The notes: a model not told the origin generated them from the sequence alone. Positions 41,428-54,380 are shown, numbered from the stretch's first letter. The stretch is 64,000 nucleotides of DNA from an uncultured Holophagales bacterium (GCA_963842525.1 CAWJGT010000003.1:704001-768000); one strand, 5' to 3'. Made by a program: numbers and translations.

Positions 41428-43569
41428 TTACTCGTTCACCGTGGCGACCACCAGCCGGATCAAGGCCTCGACGTCTCGCAGGTCAGACACCTCGACCGGC
41501 GAGTGCGAGCTGCGGCCCGGCCACGAGAAGGGGATCATCTCGGTCCCGTTCGGCAGGAAGGCCACGCCGTCGCTCGCGCCGCCGGTCATGCCGTACTGGA
41601 CCGGGATCCCTGCGCGCCCGGCGATCCCCAGGAAGCGGTCGATCAGCTCGCGCGGGAGCAGGGTGGCGTTGTCCATGGTGCGGAGAACGGCCCCCTTGCC
41701 CAGCGGCGCGTAGCCGAACTGGTGCGATTCGCGCGGCGTGTCTGAAGAGACGAAGGTGTCGACCGGATGGACCCGGTCCAGGTCCTTCAACCGGTCCGCG
41801 AGGTCCTGGGAGCCGTTGAGCCCGACCTCCTCCTCGACGACCCAGGCGAAGGTCACGCGCCGCTTCAGACGGGATGGATCGATCTGCCGCAGGGCGAGGA
41901 GGAGCGCCGTGCAGCCGTTCCTGTCGTCGAAGCCGCGCGCCAGGGCGCGGTGCCGGCCCATGCGGAACATCTGCTTGGGCATGGTGACCGTGCTCCCGGC
42001 GTGGATGCCGAGCCGCTCGACCTCCTCCTTGGAAACCGGGCCGAGCCAGACGGTCAAGGCACCTGACATCGCCCATTTTGTGGCCGTACGCCAGTCCTCG
42101 CGCGGCTCGAACACAGCGGGAACGGCGCCGCGATCGTTATCGCCGGGGTGGACCAGAGCAGCCTGCGCCTCCCAGGCGCCGCGGATGAGCCCGCCCCGGT
42201 TCTCGAGGCGAAGCCGGCCGTCCGGCAGAACCTCCGCCACCCGGAAGCCGACCTCGTCCATGTGGGCCACGAAGAGGATGTGCTCGTCCCCCTGCCCAAA
42301 GGTCACGGTGAGGTTGCCCTTGTCGTCGACCTCGGGCTTCGTCCAGGCGGGGAGATGGCGCCGGATCTCCTCGCGCACCGGCCCTTCGGCGCCGCTCACG
42401 CCATAGCGGGCGATGAGCGAGGAGAGCAGCTTGGCCGTCTCCGGATGCTCCTGATCCATCTCGAAGGCGGCCGGCGGGGGAGGGATCGGGGACGGCGTCC
42501 GGGACCGGGAGCTTCCGCCGGCAAAAGCGAGGATCGCGTCCGAGAGCCGCTGCACGTCGGCGGACGAGACGGTCTCGACCGGCGTGCCGGGGTAGCGGGC
42601 CGGCAGGCCGACCCAACCCAGGCGGGCCGCACCCCACGGCGGTGCCGCGCCGAAGCCGCCATCCGGCCGGACGTGTGGAGCCGTCCGCGTGCGGAGCGCC
42701 GCCGGGACCTCTCCCGCGCCGAGCGGGCCGGCGCCGGGCTCCGGCAGGCCCTCGAAGACGGGTCCGTCCTCGCCCTCCTTCCAGCCGAACGCCGGGCTCA
42801 CCCCGAGCACTTCGGCGAACGGTCCCTGCGTGCCCACCAGGTATCGCAATCCCGCGCCGTTGAGGAAGTCGCCTGCGGTCCACGCGAACACCACCGTCCC
42901 CGTGCCGGGCTTCGCGATGCGCGCCGCGGCGTCGACCTGGGCGATGCAGGCCGCCTTGAGAGCGGCGGACGGCCCGGCGAGGAGCCCGCCGGCGAGCCGG
43001 GACGGCCGGCGGATCAGGGCTACCGGATCGAGCAGGCGGATGCCCATCTCGCCTGCCTCGGCAGCCGACTCCGCCCCCACGTCGATCCAGATGTCGCGGG
43101 TCAGGAACGGCGGGCGCTCGACCGGCTCCGGTTCCTGCATCAGATGGACCGACCGGATCGTGACCCCGCCGGGCACCCATCCCCGGGACCCGCCGACCAT
43201 CACCACATTTCCCTCGTGCGACTGATCCCACAGCGCCCCCTGCAGCCCGCCGCCGGCCCGGAAGACGCGCACCCAGCCGTCAGGCTCGATGCCGGTGACT
43301 GCATACCCCGGCTCGCCGAGAGGGCACGCCACCAGCTTCCGCGGCTCCCCGGAGCCCACCGACAGGACCAGGTTGCCCGCCGCATCCTGCTTCACAGGCA
43401 GTCCCGGAAGCCGCTGGCGGACGAAGTCCCGCGCCGGCTCCTCGCGGCCGGCCACGGCGATGACGTTCAGGAATGCCTCGATTTCGTCGGCGAGGCCCGG
43501 GTTGTCCGCAGCCGCGGGCACGGCCCCGGCTGCGAGCAGGAAGAGGGGAAGAAGGGTTCGTAGGATCAC
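41428..43569 (-). CDS. Secreted M42-family aminopeptidase with tandem domains
   Basis: Signal peptide; C-terminal half has [17 protein letters not shown] and HSPVE; N-terminal half is homologous but lacks the metal ligands. Confidence 0.85.
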   Translation of the reverse strand: MILRTLLPLFLLAAGAVPAAADNPGLADEIEAFLNVIAVAGREEPARDFVRQRLPGLPVKQDAAGNLVLSVGSGEPRKLVACPLGEPGYAVTGIEPDGWVRVFRAGGGLQGALWDQSHEGNVVMVGGSRGWVPGGVTIRSVHLMQEPEPVERPPFLTRDIWIDVGAESAAEAGEMGIRLLDPVALIRRPSRLAGGLLAGPSAALKAACIAQVDAAARIAKPGTGTVVFAWTAGDFLNGAGLRYLVGTQGPFAEVLGVSPAFGWKEGEDGPVFEGLPEPGAGPLGAGEVPAALRTRTAPHVRPDGGFGAAPPWGAARLGWVGLPARYPGTPVETVSSADVQRLSDAILAFAGGSSRSRTPSPIPPPPAAFEMDQEHPETAKLLSSLIARYGVSGAEGPVREEIRRHLPAWTKPEVDDKGNLTVTFGQGDEHILFVAHMDEVGFRVAEVLPDGRLRLENRGGLIRGAWEAQAALVHPGDNDRGAVPAVFEPREDWRTATKWAMSGALTVWLGPVSKEEVERLGIHAGSTVTMPKQMFRMGRHRALARGFDDRNGCTALLLALRQIDPSRLKRRVTFAWVVEEEVGLNGSQDLADRLKDLDRVHPVDTFVSSDTPRESHQFGYAPLGKGAVLRTMDNATLLPRELIDRFLGIAGRAGIPVQYGMTGGASDGVAFLPNGTEMIPFSWPGRSSHSPVEVSDLRDVEALIRLVVATVNE

Positions 43570-43635
43570 GGGCGAAGTCTATACCGCGGTCCGCTACCGG
43601 GTTCGGTGCTACGATTCCGGATACGGAGAAATGTA

Positions 43636-44118
43636 ATGGAACGAGCCCGCCTGGATTCCATCCGTATCGCGTCTCCATGCCCCGCGAAATGGGAGGAGAT
43701 GGCAGGGGATGACCGTGTCAGGTTCTGCGGTCTCTGCAAGAAGAACGTCTACGACCTGAGCGCGTTGACCCGTGGGGAAGCCGAACGGCTCCTCGGGGAG
43801 AAGGAGGGCAAGCTCTGCGCCCGGCTCTTCCGCCGCGCCGACGGCACTGTGCTCACCCGCGACTGCCCGGTGGGATTCCGCGCCCGCGTCCATCGCGCCG
43901 TAAGGCGCACCACGGCCGCCGTCGCCGCTCTGGCGGGTCTTTTCGTGCTCGCGCTGGACGCCCTCCTTCTGATCGCAGGGCGCGAAGCGCCTGATCAGTC
44001 TGCCAAGCCTCCAGCTCTGGGCCGAGAGGTGCAGCCAGCCCCGGCACAGAAGTCGCCGCCGGCAGTCCTCTCCGAGAAAGAAAGGGAGTTGCTCGGTTCG
44101 CTCGGATACGTCAACTGA
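43636..44118 (+). CDS. Hypothetical protein with an N-terminal Cys motif and a TM helix
   Basis: SPCPAKWEEMAGDDRVRFCGLCKKNVYDLS..LCAR..DGTVLTRDCP, followed by a hydrophobic helix. Confidence 0.75.
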   Translation: MERARLDSIRIASPCPAKWEEMAGDDRVRFCGLCKKNVYDLSALTRGEAERLLGEKEGKLCARLFRRADGTVLTRDCPVGFRARVHRAVRRTTAAVAALAGLFVLALDALLLIAGREAPDQSAKPPALGREVQPAPAQKSPPAVLSEKERELLGSLGYVN

Positions 44119-44160
44119 TCCATCGCTGATCCACGTCCTCCTCCGCGCCGCGCCCGCTCG

Positions 44161-44283
44161 CCCCGGGTTGACACCCGGGGCTACCCAGTTCCGCCCTCCG
44201 GGCTCTCGAATTCTGGGCACTTCGACCGCCATTCCGGCGAGCCCGGAGGGCGCCATTTGGTAGCCCAGGGTGTGAACCCTGGG
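44161..44283. repeat. GTAG-type REP inverted doublet (REPIN)
   Basis: CCCCGGGTTGACACCCGGGGCTAC..GCCCTCCGGGCT / AGCCCGGAGGGC..GTAGCCCAGGGTGTGAACCCTGGG. Confidence 0.85.
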
Positions 44284-44306
44284 CCAGGGGGCTTAGAATG
44301 CTCCCC

Positions 44307-46009
<1,703 letters not shown>

Positions 46010-46010
<1 letters not shown>

Positions 46011-49000
46011 TGCGCACCAAACTCCTCCCTCCCGCCCTCCTGCTCGGCACGCTGGGGGCGCTCTTCCTGCCGCTCCCCTGGTCCGGCCTCGCGTTGCTCG
46101 CTGTCCTCGGCCTCTGGCTGTGGATGCGGCCGCCCCGGCGCGAGGTGCTGGTCACGGTGCCGGCCTTGCTCGTGGCGCTCGCCGCCCTCGGCCTGCGGTG
46201 GGAGGCCGAGCTGCGGGCCCGCGCTCCGGGCGAGGGATGGATGGAGGAGGCCACCGGCAGGTACGAGCAGCTCTGGGAGGGCCTGCGGCAGGAGGCCCGC
46301 ACCGCCGCCGAGGCCCTCCAGACTCCACCCGCCTTCGTGCGCGCCCGCCTGGACGCGTTCCACCGCTTGCAGAGGATGAAGCCGTTGGTGGGCGGCGGGC
46401 GGCGCGCCTTCGTGCTGCTGGACCCGGACGGCGTCGCGGTCGCCTGGTCCGGCGAAGGGCTGCTCCACGAGCCCGACCCCGATCTGCCGCGCGCCGGGCT
46501 TCACTACCAGGCGAGCTTCAGCTCCGTCACGCTGCTCGCCATCGAGCCCCTCCCTTCGGACCGCAACGCGCGGCGGCCCTGGCGGGTGGTCTCCGGCGCC
46601 AGCTTCCCGACCGACGTCCTCCCGTTCCGGGTCGTGCCGCGCCGGCTGCGCTGGTCGATCCTCGATCCGCAGGCGGAGCCTCTGCCAGGCGAGATCGCCC
46701 TGCGGGTGCCCGGCGCGCCGATCCTGGTCGCCCAACGGCCGGCCGCGGGCGACCCGCTGGCGCGCGAGTGGGCCTTGCGCCTCGCCTGGTCCGGCATCGC
46801 CTTCGCCCTCCTCGCGCTGGCGGCGCTCCGCGGCTCGGGACTGCTGTTCCCCTTCGAGCCCCGGACCGGCCTCGACACCGGGCCGCGCCTCGGCCTCGCG
46901 CTCCTGTTCCTGGGCGGCATCTTCGCCGCTGGCATGGCGGCCTCCCTCACGCCTCTCACGCTGGCGCTTGTGACTGCGGGGCTGGGCTTCGCGGCGCTCG
47001 GGCTTGCGGTGCAGCGGTTGGCGGGACCTCACCCCCTGTCCCCCTCTCCCATCTCCCTTCCACCCCCCGCCGGGAGAGGGGGGACGCATCCGGAGCCGTT
47101 CGGCGAGCTCGCCACCGAGGCATCAACAACGTCCCCCCTCTCCCGGGGCAGGGAGGGTGGGAGATGGGAGAGGGGGACAGGGGGTGAGGTTCTCCGCATC
47201 GGCCTCCTCGGAGCCCTCGCCATCCTCCTGCTCCTCCTGGCCGCCTGGGCCGTACATCTCGGCGGGCCTCCCATCGACCTCGCCGCGGCCGTTCTGGACC
47301 GGCCGGAGGTTTTCGGGCTGCGGCTTGCCCTGGCTGCCGCCTCGTTCGGCTTGTTCTGCCTCGCCGGAGCCCTTCGTCGCGCAAGCCCGCCGCCGGGCGA
47401 CCGCTGGGCCTGGGGCGCGGCCCTCGCCCTGCTCGCTGGAGCGGCGCTGGCCGACAGCCCGTTCCTGGCCGTGCCCCTCTTCGCCGCCGGAGGAGCGGGA
47501 ATGGCCATCTATGCCGACCGCCGGCGGCTGCGCGAGGGGCTGGCTCTCGCCGGCCTCGCCCTGCTGGCGGTCCTGGTGGCCGGCGGCGCCTCCGAGGCCG
47601 CCTACCTCCTGCGGCTGCGCCACGATGCCGGGGACAAGCTCTTCGACAGGCTGCTCCCTCCCTCGCAACGGGAGCTGACCGCGGTCTCCGCCGAGCTGCG
47701 GAGGCACTTCGCGGCGAGCAATCTGGAGGAGCGGACGCCGCGCCCGCCGGCCGGCCTGGTGCGGCAGGACCTGGCCTATGCGCTCTGGCGGGGATCGCCG
47801 CTGGCTCGGCCCCATGCCCTGTCCGCCCTCGTCATCCAGCCGCACGAGGGGCCGGCCTCGTCCTTCTCGTTCGGCCTCCCCTCGATCCACGCGGGGCGGA
47901 TGGACTGGACTCCCGAGATCCGGGATGACCTCCGGCTCCCTCTCTGGGGGACCGTGACGGTAAGCGGCCGGGCAATGATCACCTTCGCCGGCCGGCCGTG
48001 GGCGATCGCACGGTGGTGGCTGATGCCGCGGCCCGGCTTCCGCGTCGGCGATCCGCGGCGCCTCACCGACATCGAAGCCGGCCTCCTGCGCGGCGGGCCG
48101 GCGCCCGGTCCGTTCGAGGACCTCCCCGGGCCCGTGCTCTACGCCCTCTACACGCCGAACGGGCGCCCCGCCCTCTCCCCCTGGGAGGAGGAGCCGCCCC
48201 TGCCGCAGCGCATGCGTATGCCGCCCGGCCAGCAAGGCTCGTTCACCGGCGTGGAGACCCCTTCCGGCACCGCCCGCGCCTGGGTCCGCTCCAGCCGCGC
48301 GGGCTGGGAAGTCGTCTATCTCCCCTATGAGACGCCGTTCACCGCCCTCGAACGGGTGGCCAGCTTCGCCGTCGGCGCCCTCTGCCTGCTCGCCCTCGCC
48401 ATTCCGGCCGTGCTCCTCCTCGGCCTGCCGCGCGCCGCCTTCCGGGACGTCCTGCGCCTCGCGGTGCGCTCCTACTCGAAGCGCCTGATCCTGGTCTACA
48501 CCTTCCTCCTCATCGTGCCGCTGGTGCTGCTCAACGTCGTCCTGGTGGGCGCCATGAAAGACCGGCTGACCCAGCAGCAGCTCGACGCCGGCAAGGCGGC
48601 CCTGACCGCCGCCCAGAAGGTCCTCGGCGAGCGGCTGCTCGAGCTGCCGCCGGGCTTCGGCGTCGATGCCACCCTCGGTGACCGGCTGCTCTCCGACGTC
48701 TCGGAGATCGTCCGCCACGAGATGAACCTCTACTACGGAAGCATCATCTACGCGTCGAGCAAGCACGAGCTGTTCACCGCCGGCCTGCTGCCCAACCGCA
48801 TCCCGGGCGAGATCTATTCAGAGCTGGCCCTCCTCGGCTACGGCCTGTCGTACCGGACCAACCGGGTCGGAGGGACGGAATACCTCGAGATCTATGCGCC
48901 GCTGCGCGTGCCCGGCGAGCCCAGCGGCGATGACAAGCTGGTCCTCTCCATGCCGCTCCTCGCTCAACAGGAGGAGACCGACCGCGAGCTGGCCCACCTG

Positions 49001-50251
49001 CGCCGGCGCGGTCTGATCGCCACCGTGACCCTTTTCCTTCTCCTCGTGGCCGTGGGCACGCGCCTCGCCCGCAACTTCACACGTCCGCTCATGCAGCTCG
49101 TCGCCGGGACCGAGCGGATCGCCGCGGGCGCCACCTCGCTCAACCTGAAGCCCACCGAGCTCGAGCTGGCGGCCCTGGTGGAAGCCGTGGACGAGATGGC
49201 GCGCCGCATCGCCGAAGGGCGCGAGCGGCTGGTGCGCGAAAAACAAGTCATAGAAAGAATGGTCGAGAACATCACCTCGGGTGTGGTCTCCCTCGACCAG
49301 GACGGCCGTGTGCTGATGCGCAACCGCGTGGCCGCCGAGCTCCTCGGCGCCGAGGTGGGCGAGCGGCTCGAACGTGTCGCGGCCGAAGAGCCGCGGCTCG
49401 CGCCCGTCGCCGCCTTCCTGCGCCGCGTCGATCAGGAGAGGGGCCTGGAGATGGAGCGCGAGACCGTGCGCCTGGCCGGTGCGGAAGGCGAGCGCGAATG
49501 GGCGCTCGTCTGGGTGCCGCTCCCCGGCGCGGGCGAGCCCGCGGCCCTACTCGTCGTCGAGGACGCCACCGAAGTGCTGCGCAACCAGCGCCTGCTCGCC
49601 TGGGCCGAGATGGCGCGCATCATCGCCCATGAGATCAAGAACCCGCTCACCCCCATCCGCCTCTCGGCCGAGCACATGCGCGAGGTCTGGCGGGCCGATC
49701 CCGAACATTTCGACCGGGTCTTCGAACGTTGCACCACCAACATCCTCACCCAGGTGGAAGAGCTGCGCACCATCGCCTCCGACTTCTCGTCCTACAGCGC
49801 CATCCTGCGCATCGAGCCCAAGCCAGGGGACCTCACCGCCGCTGTCTCCGACCTCGTCGAGGGCTACCAGGCCGCACCGCCGAACGGCATCCAGCTCGAC
49901 CTCGAAGCCGGCGGTCCGATTCCCGCGCGGTTCGACGGCAAGCTCCTCCAGCGCGCGCTCCGCAACCTCCTCGAAAACGCCCTGCGCGCCGCCGCCGCCG
50001 GGGGAGGCCACGTCTGGGTCCGGGTGGGGCAGGACGACGGCCACGCCCGAATCTCGGTCCTCGACAACGGCCCCGGCGTCCGCCCCGAAAACCTGCCGCG
50101 CATCTTCGACCCCTACTTCTCGACCCACGACACCGGCACCGGCCTCGGCCTCCCCATCGCCCGCCGCGTCGTCGAAGAGCATGGCGGACACATCGCCGCC
50201 CACAACCGCCCGGAAGGGGGGTTGGAGGTGACGATTACGCTGCCGGTGTGA
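46010..50251 (+). CDS. Large multi-TM NtrY-like sensor histidine kinase (HAMP-PAS-HisKA-HATPase)
   Basis: GTG start overlapping the hutU stop; many TM helices; [34 protein letters not shown]. Confidence 0.9.
47026..47190. repeat. In-frame palindromic repeat in an inter-helix loop of the sensor kinase
   Basis: ACCTCACCCCCTGTCCCCCTCTCCCATCTCCC..GGGAGATGGGAGAGGGGGACAGGGGGTGAGGT. Confidence 0.9.
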
Positions 50252-50503
50252 ACCTCACCCCCTGTCCCCCTCTCCCATCCGCCTGTAGGGGCAACCCTTG
50301 TGGTTGCCCCCGGCCTCGCCACGGCGGCCGATTCGCATTTCCTCACCACAGGGACAGACAGGCAAGGGCAACCACAAGGGTTGCCCCTACAGGCGGGCCG
50401 GGGGGACGCGAACGCCGCAAACGGCCTCCTCTACGTTCCCCCTCTCCCGTTCGGGGTGCGGGCCGGGGGGCCGCACGGGAGAGGGGGGCCAGGGGGAGAG
50501 GGC
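50252..50503. repeat. Intergenic palindromic repeat with a nested GTAG REPIN (50284..50391)
   Basis: CCTCACCCCCTGTCCCCCTCTCCC arm; TGTAGGGGCAACCCTTGTGGTTGCCC..GGGCAACCACAAGGGTTGCCCCTACA; then a CCCCCTCTCCCG..CGGGAGAGGGGGGCCAGGGGGAGAGGG arm. Confidence 0.88.
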
Positions 50504-50559
50504 TCCGGAACCTGCGCCGCCCCTCGAACGTATCCAGCCCGACACGTCCCTTTTCGAGG

Positions 50560-50945
50560 AGGAGACCCCATGGCGCGTACTGCGGAGAGGCCCCATGGGG
50601 CGGAACGGACCGCGAGGCGCGTCGGCTCCACCGGTGTCGGGGCCTCTGTGCTCGCGAGCCCCCGGTGCGGCCCCATGGTCCCAGTCACGCGGATCAAGCT
50701 CCCTGCCGCACGGACCGTGGTCCCGGTCATCGGACTCGCAAAGCGCGGCCCGGCCTTCCGCTCCGTGGTACCGGCATCGCGGTCCCTGCCATGCGGATCG
50801 TGGGGCCAGTCAGAGGGACCCCGCTGCCCCTCACCGGCACCACGGTCCCTGCGCAGGACTCGAGGTCCGCGTGGCACGCTTCGTGGTCCCGGTGACGCGG
50901 ACCGCGACTCCTGAGAGCGGCCTCGCGGTGCCGGTCGCGACCGGA
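50560..50945. repeat. Highly degenerate intergenic repeat tract (GGTCCC motifs)
   Basis: (T/C)GGTCCC recurs near 50676, 50718, 50780, 50843 and 50884, at spacings close to multiples of 21. Confidence 0.5.
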
Positions 50946-50971
50946 GGGAGTCGCGATACCATCTCGCGATC

Positions 50972-52228
50972 GTGGCCCGTATCGTCCTGACGACTTTCGG
51001 CTCTCTCGGGGACATCCACCCCTACCTTGGCCTCGGCAGCGGCTTGCGGGCCCGGGGACACCGCGTCGCGCTGGCGACGCACGGATTCTACCGGGCCAAG
51101 ATCGAGGCGGAAGGGATCGAATTCTTCTCTGTGCGGCCCGACGCGGACCCGGATGACCGCGCGCTGGTGGCCCTGGCCATGGACATCAAGAAGGGGCCGG
51201 AGCGCGTGTTGCGGGACATCGTGCTGCCGGTTCTGCGGGAGAGCTACGAGGATCTGCTCGCCGCGTCCCGCGGCGCCGATCTCGTGGTGGGGCATCCTCT
51301 CGCCTTCGCGGCCCCCTTGGTCGCCGGCGTGCTCGGCATCCGCTGGGCGTCGGCGGTCCTGTCTCCGATCGGATTTTTCTCCGCCTATGATCCGCCGGTT
51401 CTGCCGCCCTATCCGTGGCTGGCGCGGCTGCGCGTCCTGGGTCCGCGGGTGAATCGCTGGGTGATGGATTTCGGCCGGCGCTCCGTCCTCCCCTGGACGG
51501 AGCCGGTGCGCCGGTTGCGGGAAGAGCTGGGGCTGCCCCCTGGCGCGAACCCGATCTTCGAGGGGCAGCACTCGCCGTCTCTCGTGCTGGCCCTCTTCTC
51601 GTCGCTCCTTGGGGCGCGGCAGCCGGACTGGCCGCCGCAGACGGTCACCGCCGGCCAGATCTTCTACGATCGCCATGGTGAGTCGACCGGGCCGGCCGAG
51701 CTGTCAGCCGAGGTCGAGGACTTCCTGGCCGCCGGCGAGGCGCCGCTGGTCTTCACCCTGGGCTCCGCCGCCGTCCTGAATCCGGGCTCCTTCTTTGCGG
51801 AGAGCGCGGCGGCGGCGCAGAGCCTGGGCCGGCGGGCGGTGCTGGTGGGGGAAGAATCGCAGGACAGCCTGCCGGAGTCGATCCTGGCCGTCCAGTACGT
51901 TGCCTACTCGCGCCTTTTCCCACGCGCAACGGCGATCGTGCATCAAGGTGGCATCGGCACCGTGGGGCAGGCCCTGGCCGCAGGTCGTCCGATGCTCGTG
52001 GTGCCGTTCAGCCACGATCAGCCGGACAACGCCGCCCGTCTCGTCCGCCTCGGCGTCGCCCGCACCCTCGGCCGCGACCGCTATCGAGCCGCCCCGGCCG
52101 CCGCCGAGCTCCGGCAGCTCCTCTCCGATCCTGGCTACGCCGAGCGAGCCGCGCAGGCCGGAGAGCACGTCCGCCGCGAGACCGGTCTCGAGACGGCATG
52201 CGATGCGATCGAGCGGTTGCTCTACTGA
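50972..52228 (+). CDS. Family 1 glycosyltransferase
   Basis: GSLGDIHPYL, FTLGS, VHQGGIGT, PFSHDQPDNA. Confidence 0.93.
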   Translation: MARIVLTTFGSLGDIHPYLGLGSGLRARGHRVALATHGFYRAKIEAEGIEFFSVRPDADPDDRALVALAMDIKKGPERVLRDIVLPVLRESYEDLLAASRGADLVVGHPLAFAAPLVAGVLGIRWASAVLSPIGFFSAYDPPVLPPYPWLARLRVLGPRVNRWVMDFGRRSVLPWTEPVRRLREELGLPPGANPIFEGQHSPSLVLALFSSLLGARQPDWPPQTVTAGQIFYDRHGESTGPAELSAEVEDFLAAGEAPLVFTLGSAAVLNPGSFFAESAAAAQSLGRRAVLVGEESQDSLPESILAVQYVAYSRLFPRATAIVHQGGIGTVGQALAAGRPMLVVPFSHDQPDNAARLVRLGVARTLGRDRYRAAPAAAELRQLLSDPGYAERAAQAGEHVRRETGLETACDAIERLLY

Positions 52229-52263
52229 AGGCCTGCAGCCCGAGGGAGTGCTATCCTCGATCC

Positions 52264-52575
52264 ATGCATCCGCTGCTTCTACAACATAGGGCCGGCATCG
52301 ATACTCTCTGCCGTCGTTCTCACGTGCGGCGGTTGGAGGTATTCGGCTCGGCCGCTCGCGGAGAGGACTTCGACCCCCGGCACTCCGACATCGATTTTCT
52401 GGTGGAGTTCAACCGAACGCACATCACGCCGACGTTGGGTACCTTCCTCGAGCTGCGCGATCAGTTGGCCGCCCTGGTGGGGCGGCCCGTGGATCTGGTG
52501 ATGGCGGGAAGCATCCGGAATCCCTTCATCCAGGCCGACATCGAACGGTCGCGCGAGACGGTGTATGCGTCGTGA
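52264..52575 (+). CDS. mntA: MNT nucleotidyltransferase antitoxin
   Basis: VFGSAARG..SDIDFLV..GRPVDLV; overlaps the HEPN gene. Confidence 0.88.
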   Translation: MHPLLLQHRAGIDTLCRRSHVRRLEVFGSAARGEDFDPRHSDIDFLVEFNRTHITPTLGTFLELRDQLAALVGRPVDLVMAGSIRNPFIQADIERSRETVYAS

Positions 52576-52921
52576 GCCGCGTGCGTACCTCTGGGATGTG
52601 CGGGAGGCGGCGGACGCCATCCTGGAATTCACGCTCGGGCTTCGCCTCGACGACTATCTCGCCGACCGAATGCTGCGTTCCGCCGTCGAACGGCAGTTTG
52701 AGATCATCGGTGAGGCTCTGAACCAATTGTCCAAGGTGGCGCCGGAGATAGCCGCCAGAATTCCGGATCTTCCACAGATTGTCGCCTTTCGAAACCTGTT
52801 GATCCACGGCTACGCCACGGTGGATCATCCTACAGTTTGGGAGACGCTCCAATCACAGGTTCCGGCCTTGCGCAACTGCGTAGCAGAGCTGCTGGATGGG
52901 TATGGACCGGCTGGCGCCTGA
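52565..52921 (+). CDS. hepT: HEPN/DUF86 RNase toxin
   Basis: AVERQFEIIGEA, RNLLIHGY (Rx4HxY). Confidence 0.9.
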   Translation: MRREPRAYLWDVREAADAILEFTLGLRLDDYLADRMLRSAVERQFEIIGEALNQLSKVAPEIAARIPDLPQIVAFRNLLIHGYATVDHPTVWETLQSQVPALRNCVAELLDGYGPAGA

Positions 52922-53109
52922 CGATTGCCAGGAGCGCCGCGGTCCGGCTAGCCGGCGAGGAGCTGCTCCTCCAGCCGCCGGACGCTGCGTGGCCCTCGTG
53001 CCCCCTCCAAGCTGCTCGATTCGCCGCGCGATGCCGTAGAATCTCCCTGAAGTGTCCAGAGACCGAGTTCTTGCAGAGAAGGGTCTTTTTCAGAAAGAGA
53101 GGAGCGGAC

Positions 53110-53541
53110 ATGGGAATCAGATCACTCAGGATTGTCGCAGCATTGGTGGTGCTCGCCTTCGCGGCGATGGGGAGCTTGGCAAACGGGGAAGATCTTGAAA
53201 AAGCCATCTTCGGACAACCGGAGGCCCCTCGAGCTGAGGCGTCTCCCTTCGAAGCTTCTCCCCTGCTGTTTCTCGCCAGTTCCAGCTCCTGCTGGGCGGC
53301 TTTGAGCTGCGATGACGGCAGCGTCGTCAATTGCTCCTGTCCAGCGCCAGCCGGCGGGGTCTGTAACGACTATCCGACGGGCAGCCCCTGGGGTGGTTAT
53401 GTCCGCTGCCAGTGCACCGGCAGCCCATATGTCCAGGAGCACCACTGCAATGCGCCAACCTGCACACAGGCGTCCTGCAACAGCCAGTGTGGTGGCCCGG
53501 GAAGTGGCGTTTGCTCTGGAAATACCTGCTACTGCTACTGA
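53110..53541 (+). CDS. Secreted cysteine-rich (14 Cys) protein with a defensin-like C-terminal domain
   Basis: GAGGAG RBS; signal peptide; acidic pro-like spacer; ends CTQASCNSQCGGPGSGVCSGNTCYCY. Confidence 0.8.
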   Translation: MGIRSLRIVAALVVLAFAAMGSLANGEDLEKAIFGQPEAPRAEASPFEASPLLFLASSSSCWAALSCDDGSVVNCSCPAPAGGVCNDYPTGSPWGGYVRCQCTGSPYVQEHHCNAPTCTQASCNSQCGGPGSGVCSGNTCYCY

Positions 53542-53630
53542 GGACCGCTCCGTTGCCGAAGAGCCCGTAAGTCAGCTCGCCGAGATCAGGGCCGTGCTCT
53601 TCGGCACATTTGCATCCACGCTGCGGGATT

Positions 53631-54092
53631 TCAGGCTCGCGATGAGCCGGTGAGAACACCTCCATCAGGCCCCAGACGCGGCAGTACCATGGAGAAGCTC
53701 TTACCCTTCGACGAGCGGAAGACAGTGAAGCCTCGGTAGTCGAGCGTCAAGATCTCGAAGACGCCCAGACGCTCGGCGAGAAGCACCAGGGTTGCATCGG
53801 CGTAGTCCATCGGTATGTTTGCGTACTTCTCCATTCGGCGAGCGGCCTCGGCCAACGCTGCTGCCTCACTGAAGTCGAAGATTTGCAGCCCGCTTTGCGC
53901 GACGAACTCGGCCAAGAGGACGGGACCTCTGCGGTCTGCTGCCAAAAGGTGCATCGCCTCCGTGATGACGGCCGTGGTCGTGAGGAGCTGCCCGGAAAAA
54001 GCGTCGAGCCGAGCAGCGACTCGGGCGTGCTGCTTTTCCGATGCGTCGAGGTAGGCGACGATGGGGCCGGTGTCGAGAATCCAGGCTTTCAA
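53631..54092 (-). CDS. vapC: PIN-domain toxin
   Basis: ILDTGP, VITEA, MDYADA, TLD..F. Confidence 0.88.
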   Translation of the reverse strand: MKAWILDTGPIVAYLDASEKQHARVAARLDAFSGQLLTTTAVITEAMHLLAADRRGPVLLAEFVAQSGLQIFDFSEAAALAEAARRMEKYANIPMDYADATLVLLAERLGVFEILTLDYRGFTVFRSSKGKSFSMVLPRLGPDGGVLTGSSRA

Positions 54093-54328
54093 GACCGGAA
54101 GTTACTCTCGCGAAGGTGAGCGCGCCAGGGATCGGAGGCGTCTTTCTGGAGATGGAGCTGCCCTCGCAGATGGCCAACTCGCTTCGCCATTGAATGCTCT
54201 GCCACAGCCTCGCTGAGGATTTCCCGCGCCAGCTCCGGGACGGTCTTGCCCTGCATCGCCGCCCGCTCCTGGAGAGCTTCATGGAGCTTCTCATCCGTGG
54301 GGATGGTCAGGGTCAGCATCGTGCTCAT
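54089..54328 (-). CDS. RHH-type antitoxin
   Basis: TLTIPTDEKLHEALQERAAMQGKTVPELAREIL; overlaps vapC. Confidence 0.82.
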   Translation of the reverse strand: MSTMLTLTIPTDEKLHEALQERAAMQGKTVPELAREILSEAVAEHSMAKRVGHLRGQLHLQKDASDPWRAHLRESNFRS

Positions 54329-54380
54329 GAGAACAGTCTACTCCAAGCGCCAGCCGAGCCCGGCATCGCGGATTTGCATC

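Noticed and set aside
50972-52228. GT1 as a tailoring enzyme of the PKS-NRPS or YcaO product
   Set aside because: Separated from both loci by unrelated genes; no linkage evidence.
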